Below the pieces are notes generated by a model that worked only from the letters and a program-made list of their open reading frames with translations, was not told the DNA's origin and did no database searches. A stretch of DNA of 64,000 nucleotides from an uncultured Verrucomicrobiae bacterium (GTDB taxonomy: Bacteria; Verrucomicrobiota; Verrucomicrobiia; Opitutales; JABDGR01). Below are positions 1 through 10,356 of the stretch, piece after piece (the stretch's first letter is position 1; every line of letters begins with the position of its first letter). The stretch lies in contig CAVXVB010000009.1 of the NCBI GenBank assembly GCA_963765205.1, forward strand, positions 817,425 to 881,424, in the 5' to 3' direction. The position numbers and the translations under genes are program-made.

Positions 1-365
1 TCCTGCTTATCGTGATTGCCGCGTGCGTTCTGCTCGTTGCGGCCATCCACTCGCACGCTGAGAGCGCCACGCCAGCGCCCGTCTCACCGCCTCAAGAGGC
101 GGTTAAATTAGAAGCCCTCCCGAAAGCGGCTTCCCTGGCATCCACGCCGGAGCCTGCTCCCAAGCCCGTTCCACCCCCGGCACCCTCCTTGCTGGCCCGT
201 GTACTGGCGGGCGAGGACATTCCCGAGAATGAAGCGCAGCCCGCCGGGGCTCCCGCGTTCTCGGCAACATCTTCAATCGACAAGCCCCAAACGACGAAAA
301 CCTATCTCGACCTCGTGCTCAACGGCGAAAGCATCCCGGAATGGGAAAAACTCACCCAACAATAG
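1..365 (+). CDS. Hypothetical Pro/Ala-rich exported protein, probably 5'-truncated by the window edge
   Basis: Frame is open to the window edge; hydrophobic N-terminal stretch; repeated motif VLAGEDIPE / VLNGESIPE. Confidence 0.5.
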   Translation, partial: LLIVIAACVLLVAAIHSHAESATPAPVSPPQEAVKLEALPKAASLASTPEPAPKPVPPPAPSLLARVLAGEDIPENEAQPAGAPAFSATSSIDKPQTTKTYLDLVLNGESIPEWEKLTQQ

Positions 366-380
366 TCCAATGTCACAGTC

Positions 381-737
381 ATGAACTCGAACAATTTCAA
401 CAATCAATCAGAGAATGAGGACGGACACATTTGGCGCCTTGGATACGAGGCCGTCGCGGTCCTGCTCGTGCCGGTGCTTGCGTTGATCGCGCCCGCGCCG
501 GTCATGACAGCCATTGCCACGCCTAAACAGAATATCTCCACCATCAACCTAAACGCCACTCCACCGCCGACAAACGGACAAGGCGGCGGTGTGGCGCCGT
601 TGAAGGCCAACTATAAAATCGTTCCCATTTCCGGTGATTTGGATCCGACGGCGCCTATCGTATTCGAACTCCCGGCCAGCGCCCCGCGGCAAATCCATGT
701 GATTCTCAACGAGAATCAAAACCAGCAATCCAATTAA
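381..737 (+). CDS. Hypothetical membrane-anchored protein
   Basis: ATG ORF packed between neighbours, one hydrophobic segment. Confidence 0.5.
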   Translation: MNSNNFNNQSENEDGHIWRLGYEAVAVLLVPVLALIAPAPVMTAIATPKQNISTINLNATPPPTNGQGGGVAPLKANYKIVPISGDLDPTAPIVFELPASAPRQIHVILNENQNQQSN

Positions 738-739
738 CC

Positions 740-1825
740 TTGCCCTCCATTGCCATGAAAATTCGCCATTTTCCCTGGATATTCGCCTTTGGCCTTGCCG
801 CAGTCACGACCACCCTGGTTATGGACGGGAACGCCCTCAACACGGCCATCAGCCAAACAGACACCATTGCGAGCTCGCTGATAAAGGGCGCGCTTGAACA
901 CCCACTGTTCGGCGCCGGGATGCTTTTGGCCCTGAGCGCCTATTGTGATGGCCTACGATTGACAGCCCGTCTTGGCCTTCCACCGCATATTCATGGATTC
1001 GGCGAACTGGTCAGTGGGGCTGCCTTGCTGGTCGCCTCAACCGAGGTCGCCAACGCCAACCTGCCGGCGGCAGCGGCGTTCGCAAAACAGCTTTACGGCG
1101 CATTGGCCTTGGGCTTCTGCGTGTTGACTTTGCACGGGGGTATAAAATTTGTTCAAAGCCTCCAGCAGTTGCACACCTTGGCGAAGAACCAAATCCCTAC
1201 TAGGGAGTACCCCGGGGCCCACTGGGTGTCCCGCAAATCGGCGGCCTTGGCTATCGGTGGATTAAGCATCATTTTGGCCCTGTTTTTCATCACCCGGAAA
1301 ATCGATCACGTCCATCCCGTTCAGCCATCGCTCACGCAGGCCGAGAAACAAGCCTCAAAAACGGAACATGAACCGTCAAAGCCGCTGACGGTGACAAGCG
1401 AACCCGTTTTAAACAAGCAAGTCGTCGTGTCGCAAAATGGATCAAGCCTCGGGGGCCTGCCAGGTTCTCAAGCCGGCCATTTGCCCGATGGATTGCGCGT
1501 GACCCTCGACAGTGACGGGAATGATTGGGCACCCGCATTTGCGCAACGAGTTTCTGATAGTGAATATGCGCTCGGAGACCACGTATTGACCGCCCGGGAT
1601 GCGAGCATCAATTATGCGACTGCGGGCCCTTGGATCCAAAATTCCGGCAACGGCGCATATTACTGCTTCAACAAGGCGGTATTGGCGGCACTGAACGAGG
1701 CGTGCAAAGACGGCGCGCCGTCCGAGATATTTGTAGATCGGGATTCCAGCACCGGAAACGTCGTGCTCTCCATCCCCGCCCAAAGGGGGCAACCGGCCCG
1801 TAAAATCACCGTGAGTTTGCTCTGA
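740..1825 (+). CDS. Hypothetical multi-TM protein with soluble C-terminal domain (element cargo)
   Basis: 361-aa ORF with about 5 hydrophobic segments, then a Pro/Ser linker and a globular region. Confidence 0.6.
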   Translation: MPSIAMKIRHFPWIFAFGLAAVTTTLVMDGNALNTAISQTDTIASSLIKGALEHPLFGAGMLLALSAYCDGLRLTARLGLPPHIHGFGELVSGAALLVASTEVANANLPAAAAFAKQLYGALALGFCVLTLHGGIKFVQSLQQLHTLAKNQIPTREYPGAHWVSRKSAALAIGGLSIILALFFITRKIDHVHPVQPSLTQAEKQASKTEHEPSKPLTVTSEPVLNKQVVVSQNGSSLGGLPGSQAGHLPDGLRVTLDSDGNDWAPAFAQRVSDSEYALGDHVLTARDASINYATAGPWIQNSGNGAYYCFNKAVLAALNEACKDGAPSEIFVDRDSSTGNVVLSIPAQRGQPARKITVSLL

Positions 1826-1949
1826 GAAAATCCGCATTAAATCCGGTAGCGCTCATAATATCGCGGTCGGTTAAACACAGTTTAGCGGTAACTCTGATAT
1901 AGGCATCAGCAGGTTATTTCTCCATTCAAGGAGCAGTGGGCACTGCAGT

Positions 1950-4725
1950 TTACAGGGAAATCTTATGGCCCGCCGCATGGCGGGTGGTGAACTGCATGTG
2001 AACCTCATGCAGTCGCGCAAGTTCGACAGATTTCATAATCCGGCGTGTCCATTCCGAGGCTTTGACGCGCGGGCCAATTGAGGGTGCCATAGTGGGGGCA
2101 GGCTTGATGTCCAAGGCGAGGCCACGGTCACCAGTTTGCTCGATATTAGCACGCAACTCGGCTTTGTCCGAGGTGAACACGACCACGCGCTTGCGGCCTC
2201 GGGAAATCGCCACATACCATTGATGGCAGTTAGTGGCGGCCCGGTTCGCGGCATCGGCGAAGAGCACGGTGTCCACGGTTTTTCCCTGGGAGGCGTAGGA
2301 AGTGACGACATAGCCGCGATTGAATAGCCGTTGCGAAGGCGACAGGGTCTTTCTTTTCCCCCGGTCATCCTCGACAACGAGCGAGCCGTTTTTACGCACA
2401 CGGCGGATGGTCAGGAGTTCGCCATTGGTCAGCGCATGGCCTTCGATGGACTTCCCATTGAACTTGAGTTGCAACCGGTCACCCGGAGCGACTTCCAATT
2501 CAACCGGCGCGACAACCGCAATTCGATTCGTATAGCGGTAACTCAGGGTAGAGCGACGGTCGTTTTTCAGAAGAACAACACCATGTTCACTGGCTCCGGC
2601 AATTTCGCAAAGATCGCCCTTGGCATATCGGCCGTAGCGTTGCAGAAAATAGACCTGTTGACCAACTCGGTAGAAACTGGCCTCACGTTTCTGCGCCTCA
2701 GTGCAATCCACCGCCTGAAAGGCGGTGAGCGTCGTGCCGCCGCTCAGTTTTCCTTTTGCCTTCAATTGTTCGCGGATGGCATCGTTCACTGCATTCACCT
2801 CAACCCAGGTCTGGGCCACGACCAGGACACTTTCATTGCGGTCAACGCTGGCGAGGTATTCCCGCGCCAGCGTTTCGCGGCGAGCATCCGGTGCGACCTC
2901 GCGGATACAGCCCAGCTTTTCCAGGCGGTCGAATGATTCAGTGATGTTCCCGGACGCCGCCGCTTTGACCGCCTGACGGTATCCATACACAAAGGCCCGC
3001 TCCTTGGCCGATTTTGCGGCGGCGGGATTCTGCCGCTGGATGTATTTTAATTCCGCTGCTTTCAACCCGCAGTATTTCTCAATGGCCCGGAGCGCATCGG
3101 AGGCTTGCACCGCGCCATGCTGCCGGGTGTCACCCGACAGAATCAATCGCCCATCGCGGGCCTTCACCAAGGCCATCAGGTGATTCAGTTGCTTGCCGCC
3201 CACCTGGCCCGCCTCATCCAGGAGCACGACCGCACGCCGGGGCATGGTTCCAGTTTCCAGACAATGCGCCACAGTGGTAGCAGGAAGGCCATCCCCACAC
3301 AAATCAGCCACTTGCTGGCGTTGCGGGGCCAGAACGACCACGGGCAGACCGGCGGCTTGAATACCTTTCATTACCTCCCGCAGGGTGAAACTTTTGCCGG
3401 TGCCCGCGCCGCCGCGAAACAACGTGACGAAATCCCGGCTTCTCAAAATGTGCCTGACTGCCGCCGCCTGTTCTTCCGACAAGACCGGAGACGGTTGGTA
3501 ATCCCGGTTTAAGGCCAATTCCATGCCACACCCATCACGGGCGGCGACCACGATGCCTAATTCGTAGCGCAGCATTTCGCGCGAAGTGAGCCTGTGTGTG
3601 CCTTCCTCGCGGACATAGCCGCGTTTTTCAATGGCTTCGCGCAACGCCGCCAAGTCGAAATCCTGTCCGCGACCATGCGCCAATGCCGCCGCCATCAGTT
3701 CGTAGTCATTCACCACGGAGCGCCGTTCAAAGAGGTGTTCATCCGCCCATGCGACGATGGCATTCACGTCGGCTTTCATGGGGACGTGCTGCTTTGCAAT
3801 CCATAACGAATCCAATGCCGCCTTATCCGCTGCCGACATTTGTTTTGCCCAACGGGGCCGTAATTGACTGGCGGTAGAGTCCTTGATTTTTCGTTTCCGG
3901 TCGTCATGCGCGATCTGTTTGCGGAGGTCACCAGCACTGCCCCGCAACCCCTCATGCTCGATGCGTTTTTGAGCCTCAGCATGGATTTGCTGATGCCGCT
4001 TGGAGAATTGGGCGATGACACTGGCCGGAACCTGCTTGATTTCAAAGTCGCGGGCAGTGGGCACAAGTTCATACCCAAAGCTCCGCAGCCCCTTCGCCAG
4101 TTCATGGTAGTAATAGTGCTCCACGAACTTTTGGGCGCGATACATGCCCGATGCCTCCAATGCCTTCCAACGGTTTTCCACCAGATCAAAGGTGGCATTG
4201 AAGATAACGCAATGGGTATGCAGGTGCGGGTCTAGTTCCCGGCTGGTGTCATGCCGGAAGGCCGCGCCCAAGATGTTCCCCGTCACCCGTTCCCCGTTCT
4301 GGCCGGACTTCCGCACGCGTGTTCCGGCGAACTTTTCGAGTTCAACCATCGCGGTTTTGACCGCCTGATTATGCAGTTCCAAAATACGGACATCCTGCAT
4401 CAGCGCGACCACCGAAACCGACTTTGGCGGGCTAATCGTGAAGTCATAGAACACCCTTCGATTGGCCACCATCTTTCCGTCTTCGCGACGTTTGTCATTT
4501 TGCCGAAGGGTCAATTTCTGACCCGTGCCCGGATTCAATCCCTCGCACAACGCCAGGAATTCTTTCTCACATACCTTGCCTTTGAGACCCAATTTTTCAG
4601 CAGCCTCGCCGAACCATTCACCTGAAACTTTTTCACCCTCGGCGTAGTAATCTCCCACGCTCAAATGCTCGCGAAAAATACTCCCGAGCATGTTGCAGAT
4701 TTAACTGTGGTTTTGGAGTCAACAT
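1950..4725 (-). CDS. MOBF (TrwC/TraI-like) relaxase-helicase, 1-bp frameshift near the N-terminus
   Basis: DYY motif, HDTSRELDPHLHTH HUH motif, Walker A GGAGTGKS, DEAG, SQGKTVD. ATG 4725 has a GGAGG RBS (MLTPKPQLNLQHAREYF) and joins the main frame if one base is removed from the A5 run at 4674-4678. Confidence 0.92.
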
Positions 4726-4750
4726 GGTAAATCCTCCGATTTGACGGGAA

Positions 4751-4885
4751 TCACTTACGAAAACGCAGTCGCGTTTTCATCATGGAGGACGCAGTTCCCC
4801 TTCCGATGGAACGGAAGGTTGCCATCCGCGTAAGTGACGCACGCCGTTACCCATGTTGTGGAGTCAACTGAACGCACCCGCGTAG
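4751..4885. other. Candidate oriT region
   Basis: Directly upstream of the relaxase; IRs TCACTTACG/CGTAAGTGA (4751/4829), GAAAACGC-4-GCGTTTTC and CCTTCCG-6-CGGAAGG. Confidence 0.4.
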
Positions 4886-5219
4886 GCCGTTACCTACTGA
4901 AATCAGGCTAAACGCAGCCCGGCATGACGCCGGTTTCCGACCCTCGCGAAGACGCGCCGCGCCCGCTGGTTGCGTCGCGCCCTCGTGAATGGTGCGGGGG
5001 TAATGAGGCACCGACGGGGAGACGCGGGCGCGAGTCACTTCCGCCGCCGTCCACCTCGCTTGCCGCCACCGGGCGGCGCGCTCAGGCTCCCGGCCCGGCT
5101 CCGCGCCTCGCAGCCCGTGACTCCTCTGGGCCTGTCTAATGGCGCATTTTGGCGCAGCCCGGACGGCATCGAGAATATGGACAGCAGTTGAAATCGAATG
5201 TAAAAAATGGCGCACAAAA

Positions 5220-5373
5220 AGATTGGTTACTCAGCGAGTAACCAATCTCCACTTTCACGGCACAGAGTTAGCGCAAAGATTGGTCACACAGTGTGTGACC
5301 GATCTTCGGGTGCCTTCATTTTTGCAGCGCTAAATTGGCGCTAAGATTCTTTACACAGTGTGTGGAGAATCTT
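5220..5373. repeat. Three related hairpins with AGY loops
   Basis: 5220-5248, 5276-5306, 5343-5373; 13-14 bp arms starting with AGATT. Confidence 0.85.
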
Positions 5374-5805
5374 CAATAAGTTGCGTCATCCTTGCCTAGC
5401 CGGGAGGGAAACGACGTGTCAATTAGCGCCAGAGACGGCATTTTAACCTACCCCAACCACCCCCTCGCGCCTCAATTATATCGCCGCCGTCAAGGTCCGC
5501 TTCGCTTTCCACCTTGACTGCGGCGGAAGAGGCGCAGTTATGGGTTGGTGGTGGGGAATAGCGGTTGGTTAAGCACATGGGCAACCGGCCTTGCTGGCCG
5601 TGTTTGTTGGTTGGCGGATGACTTGCTCGCAGTCGGTATGGTAGTTGTCTGGGTTCGTGGTTGGCCGGTTCGCATATTGCGTTTAGAACCATTGCGCTTT
5701 CAGAACCGCCGCATGTTCTATATTCCAACATGCAGCTCCCGCGCGGGAAGATACACCCATTTTGCATTTCAAAATAGGGTCAGCTTTGAATTCGATTTTT
5801 GCCCT

Positions 5806-6226
5806 AAATAGGCAACACGTGTTGCCTATTTCGTAACATAAAATTGACACGCCGAGCAGCCAACCCAGGGCGCTGCCCAAATACGTACAAAAATCCCGGA
5901 GCCGGAATTTTGCACTAATTAGAAAAACGCACCGCGTTTCGTTTTTTTTACAAAGAAGCGGCGTGGTGTTACCGATGGCGGGAAGGCCGAGGCATTGGCG
6001 TGAGCAATTTTGACCATGCTTTCTGCCAATTGTAAAAATGCCTCGATTTGCGTTATTTATTGACCGATAGGCTCTTTTGCGAAAACGAACCACGTGGTTC
6101 GTTTTCGCGCATCACAAGCCCGATTTGAAATAGCCCCAGCGTTCGGTATCCCAAGCTGTGGGGTTATTCTGAAAACGAAACACGTGTTTCGTTTTCAAAA
6201 TGCAACACACCGTGTCGTTTTTTAAA
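5806..6226. repeat. Array of CACGTG-centred palindromes
   Basis: Perfect palindromes at 5806-5831 (26 bp), 6079-6108 (30 bp) and 6170-6197 (28 bp); degenerate copies near 5923-5946 and 6197-6222. Confidence 0.85.
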
Positions 6227-6237
6227 CCTCCACCGGG

Positions 6238-7458
6238 TCACACGGCCACCGCCAGAGACGGGACTGGCACCGGGAAGGTCGTGGCTACCGTGACAACATG
6301 CCCCTGTCGTTTCGGCAGGATACTGAAGAACTGTTCAGCTTCCGCCGTGCTTTTCAGGTCGAGATAGTGCTTGCGGATGATGCTTTCCGAATTCCCAGCC
6401 TGAAGCGCGGCTTCGCCGATGGAGCGGAATTTAGCGACGTGCATTTAGATGAAGGTATGTCTCATGACATCATGCGATAGGTTGAACTTCACCACCGCCT
6501 TTTCCCGGATATGCTGGAGGTTGGTCGGGATGATGGGATATTTCGCCAGTGGATAGGCCCGCAGCCAGGCCGCAAGATTCGGCTGAATCGTGACCATGCG
6601 CGGCTCTCGCACCTTGGACACTTCGCGATCAATGCGAATGACCCCATCGGCGAGTTTCATATGCTCAGGCTTGAGACGGAGGATTTCACCCGTGCGGAGA
6701 CAAGGCCGGATACCCGCGAACAGGCAGAGGGCGAAGAACGGCACGGCGCTGGGATAGTGGCCCTCGACAAACGCCATGAGTTCCTTCGTCTGTGACGCGG
6801 AGAGCGTCACCGCGCCGCCACGCCGCCGCCGAATCCGGTGGGCTGGTATTTTCAACAGTGGGTTTTCCGAGACCCAATCCCGTTTTAGCGCAAATTTCAG
6901 GAAGCCCGAAACGATGCCGCGCCGATTGTTGTAGGTCTTGAGCGAGGCACGCCGTGCCTCGAAATAGCCCACCAGTCGCGCCCCGGTTAATTCTGCGACG
7001 GTCGCGCCGGGGAAATGTTTTTGCAGGCGCACCAAATCTCGTTTCAGTCGAATCAGGTAAGGCTCTGAAATCAAATCCTGCCCGCGCTCATGCTCTTTCG
7101 TCGCGACGTATCCCGCGACCGCCTCCGCGAGCAATTTTTGCGTCACCGGCTCGCGGTAGTTCGCCAACGCGAACTCGACATAGAATGATAGCGGATGTTT
7201 CTGGCTGGCTACCCGGTGGAATAGCGACTCCGCTTCATGGAGTTGCTCATCCGTCAGGCGAGTGACCGCAGTGTGAACACCGGTCTCGCCTTGGAGGCGG
7301 CAGACTTCGAGAACTTGGCGTTCCGCCTCGGCCTCGGGACGGCTGGGGAAGTTCTTGCGCACGCGCTTGCCGTCCAGCCAGCCGGATACGCGGTAAACGA
7401 TCTCCCCCGAGGGATTCGTGAATTCAGAGATACTAAACGAGGATATTGTGGCATTCAT
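6238..7458 (-). pseudogene. Tyrosine integrase interrupted by an in-frame TAA at 6445-6447
   Basis: FAGIR...HDVMRHTFI* continues in frame as MHVAKF...AGNSESIIRKHY, so the catalytic Tyr lies after the stop. Confidence 0.85.
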
Positions 7459-7500
7459 GACCGATTTGCCACGTCAACTGGCAAATCTGTCGTTGACCTA

Positions 7501-7529
7501 ATTAACTCATTGATTTTTAATGAGTTAAT
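7501..7529. repeat. att-adjacent inverted repeat
   Basis: ATTAACTCATT-7nt-AATGAGTTAAT; a second IR GATTTGCCA-7-TGGCAAATC lies at 7463-7487. Confidence 0.8.
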
Positions 7530-7551
7530 GGCGGAGAGGGATTCGAACCCC
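7529..7551 (-). repeat. att site: duplicated tRNA-Ser 3' end with a 4-bp deletion
   Basis: TGGCGGAGAGGGATTCGAACCCC versus TGGCGGAGAGGGAGGGATTCGAACCCC at 13737-13763. Confidence 0.9.
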
Positions 7552-7747
7552 AGCCGCCGGATTCAGAAGTAATTGAAGGCCGGAAACTTGTCAAAAACGG
7601 CAAAAGGCAGTCCCCAGTCCTGTCCCCCGGTCTGGCTGGTCAAGCGGGAGAAGACGTGGCTGACGTTGTTCTCGCGTGGTCAACTCTGCCCACGAAAGTG
7701 CGCGCCGCCATCCTCGCCCTGGTTGACGCGGCGCAAGGAGGAACCAA

Positions 7748-8923
7748 GTGAGTGCCGAGATTGCCGAGGGCTTGGCCGGCGTCGGGCCGGAGGCCGTCCC
7801 GCATGGCGGGACGGCCCCGGCCCCCGCCGGCCTTCCTAGTCTATTATGTCATAACTCAACTGATAAACTCTCTGACAGTCAGCGCAAGGGGCTGGTCAAT
7901 CTCACGCGCAACGTCAAATGGATGGCAAAAGAACATGGTGTCGAGCGCCTGCTTTTTGGCACCCTGACGCCCTGCCCGAAAATCTATGACATGAAGGAAG
8001 CCCAAAAAGTGTTCAACTCGTTCGCCACGCATTTTGTCCGTCCCCGCTTTCCTGACGCCATCGTGGGGGTGCATCGGGGTAAGGATGGGTTTGTCCATTT
8101 CCATTTTTTGCTCGTGGCCCCGGTCGGGGTCAACGTGAAGGCCGGATTTGACCATGCCGCCGTTGACCATGGCGACTATTCCAGTGCTTGTGAGTGGCTG
8201 CGCGCGGAGTGGAAGGCCTGGCGCGAGGCCACGAATTACAATGGGAAGCGCCCTGACGCCGCCTATCCCCGGATTGGCCGTTGCGAGGTGAAGCCTGTCC
8301 AAAAGAATCCCGAGGCCCTGGCGCGTTACCTCGGTGGCTACCTCTCCAAGGGCATCCGCCAGCGGGTCAGCGGTGATCACCGCGCCCGTTTAATCCGCTA
8401 TTGGGGCCGTTCGCGGGAGTTTCCGCCCGGCGTGGCCTTCACCTCCCCGCGCTCCTGGGTGTGCCGGGCCAAAATCCGCCAATGGGCCATTACAGTCGCA
8501 CTATGTCCCTCGCCCGAAGCGGTGCGCGAGAAATACGGGCCGCGCTGGTTCTGGGACAACAAAGAAGCCATCCATGGTCAAATTCTGACGGAATACCCGT
8601 CCGCCGCGCACGCCTATGCCGATGGACACCTTATGTTCCGAAACATGAGGAACGAGCCAGGGGCAATCCGTTGCGCCCCTGCTGGCACTGAGCTTTTGAC
8701 TCGTCTGGTATTGGAATGCGTGGACGGCGTGGAACGTCTCGTCTCGGTCACCCTGGCGGTCCCAGTGCCTGCGGGTGCCACTGGCCTGACCCTTCACCAC
8801 CTTTGCCGTCCACAGGTCGAGGAGGAGCCGGATGATGAAATAGAGTCAGCGGAGCTTGTTTATGCCGCTTCCGTATCCTCGTGGCCGGACACGGCAAAAA
8901 TAGCCGAAAACAATCCATTTTGA
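7748..8923 (+). CDS. Rolling-circle replication initiator (HUH endonuclease)
   Basis: Motif 1 FGTLT, motif 2 VHFHFL, motif 3 YLGGYLSK; GGAGG RBS before GTG. Confidence 0.8.
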   Translation: MSAEIAEGLAGVGPEAVPHGGTAPAPAGLPSLLCHNSTDKLSDSQRKGLVNLTRNVKWMAKEHGVERLLFGTLTPCPKIYDMKEAQKVFNSFATHFVRPRFPDAIVGVHRGKDGFVHFHFLLVAPVGVNVKAGFDHAAVDHGDYSSACEWLRAEWKAWREATNYNGKRPDAAYPRIGRCEVKPVQKNPEALARYLGGYLSKGIRQRVSGDHRARLIRYWGRSREFPPGVAFTSPRSWVCRAKIRQWAITVALCPSPEAVREKYGPRWFWDNKEAIHGQILTEYPSAAHAYADGHLMFRNMRNEPGAIRCAPAGTELLTRLVLECVDGVERLVSVTLAVPVPAGATGLTLHHLCRPQVEEEPDDEIESAELVYAASVSSWPDTAKIAENNPF

Positions 8924-9237
8924 GAAAACAGGGCCAGGTGCAGGATGGCGGCCTGAGCCTCCTGCTACTGCTCCGATTCCTCCCTTTACCGCCAAAAGAT
9001 TGGTTCAGTGCCGCCGGTTAAGCGCCGTCCGTGACGGGAATCCTCGGAATGGTCGGCGTCAGGCGGGCTTACTCCGCTGTGGCAGACTCGACGAAAGGAC
9101 ATGGGGTAGGGGTCCCATGGCGTTTTGTCGAGTGGGCCAACCGCATTTGCGATCAAATCATTAACCTGGCGGAGCCATATTTACCCACGGATAAATACCC
9201 TTGCCGCCCGCTCTCCAACCGCCCATTTTGCTGACCC

Positions 9238-10245
9238 ATGAAAATGACTGCATCTAAATATCCAAGCTTCAATGTGATTGATGAAGACCCGGTATCGGAT
9301 TTAGAATCGGAAAAGTTTGTTGCTTTAATTAAAGAAATTCTGAAAGGTTTTCGATATTCCGATAGAGAATGGATTGCCGAATATGAACGAAAATTTTTCA
9401 TGTTAATGAGGAAAATTGGATATGGTCAGGCCTCAGGGGTTTTTGGGAAGCGAACAAAACTACGCAGCAAATTAGATACCCTTTGCATGTTTGAATCCAT
9501 AGGAAATTACATTATTAATGGATCAGGGCAAAGCGCGGAAATTAAGAAGTTAATCCCGCGGCATCTATTTTGTATTTGCCCTGAGCATGACGCCATAAAC
9601 ATCACAGTTAAGCACTTCAGGACAGCCAGGCTGCCAACTGGCCCCATTTGGTCTCCTGCAACTGATCGGTTCGTCTTTTGGAACAAACAAAAGTTGATCC
9701 TGGCCTATTCTCAGCACGCTATTGAAAGGATGCAGGAACGAATCCTGATCGGAGATTCTCCATATAGGCAGGTGGAAGAATTGGGCTATTTATTTTTTGT
9801 TCATCTCACTTATCCCGCATGTCTTGGCGAAAACCATTCACCGATGATCGAATTTTATATGATCTTTACGAAGCGTGACGGGGAACTTGAGTATTTAAAC
9901 CAGGTTTTCGAGGAACAAATAGATGCCAAGATTTACTACGACGCCTTTTCCCTGCGCTTTTTTTACCGCGTTGGGTATGGCCCGTTTGTAATCGATAACG
10001 GCTACGCAGTTGTAAAATCAATTCTCTTCCCTGGAATGAAGGGCACGCCAGAAGAAAAGTTAATCTTGGAAAAATCCATGAGCAGCCAAGAGCGCAACAA
10101 TTTAACCCAAGCTTGGAAAGAGGGCATATTTTCCGATCCAAAATCCCAAAAACAAATCGCCCTCCTCGAATTTCTCCGAAATAATGGACTCCAGGTCATA
10201 TTCAACGATGAGGGATTGCGTGCTCGGTCAAAAATCCACCAATGA
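9238..10245 (+). CDS. Hypothetical AT-rich cargo protein
   Basis: 335-aa ORF, low GC relative to host genes; contains YSQHAIERMQER. Confidence 0.7.
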   Translation: MKMTASKYPSFNVIDEDPVSDLESEKFVALIKEILKGFRYSDREWIAEYERKFFMLMRKIGYGQASGVFGKRTKLRSKLDTLCMFESIGNYIINGSGQSAEIKKLIPRHLFCICPEHDAINITVKHFRTARLPTGPIWSPATDRFVFWNKQKLILAYSQHAIERMQERILIGDSPYRQVEELGYLFFVHLTYPACLGENHSPMIEFYMIFTKRDGELEYLNQVFEEQIDAKIYYDAFSLRFFYRVGYGPFVIDNGYAVVKSILFPGMKGTPEEKLILEKSMSSQERNNLTQAWKEGIFSDPKSQKQIALLEFLRNNGLQVIFNDEGLRARSKIHQ

Positions 10246-10356
10246 ATTTTATGGACGTTCCGAAAACTAGCCCTTTCCTCCAAGCCACGATAACCCCAAA
10301 AAAGCGATTTCAGCTCAGTTCTGTTTCAGTTGGTCAACTATGGCGATGGGGCAGTT

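Larger units (their letters stand above)
1..7528. mobile_element. Outer integrative mobilizable element at tRNA-Ser (extends beyond the left edge)
   Basis: Tyrosine integrase next to a tRNA-Ser 3' fragment (7529-7551); MOBF relaxase; orphan cargo. Confidence 0.75.

Noticed and set aside
4847..6093. Short ORFs between relaxase and integrase
   Set aside because: Overlapping, motif-free and crossing palindromes; the region looks non-coding
5220..6226. Palindrome arrays as a CRISPR array
   Set aside because: Repeats are not identical, spacing is irregular and no cas genes are present
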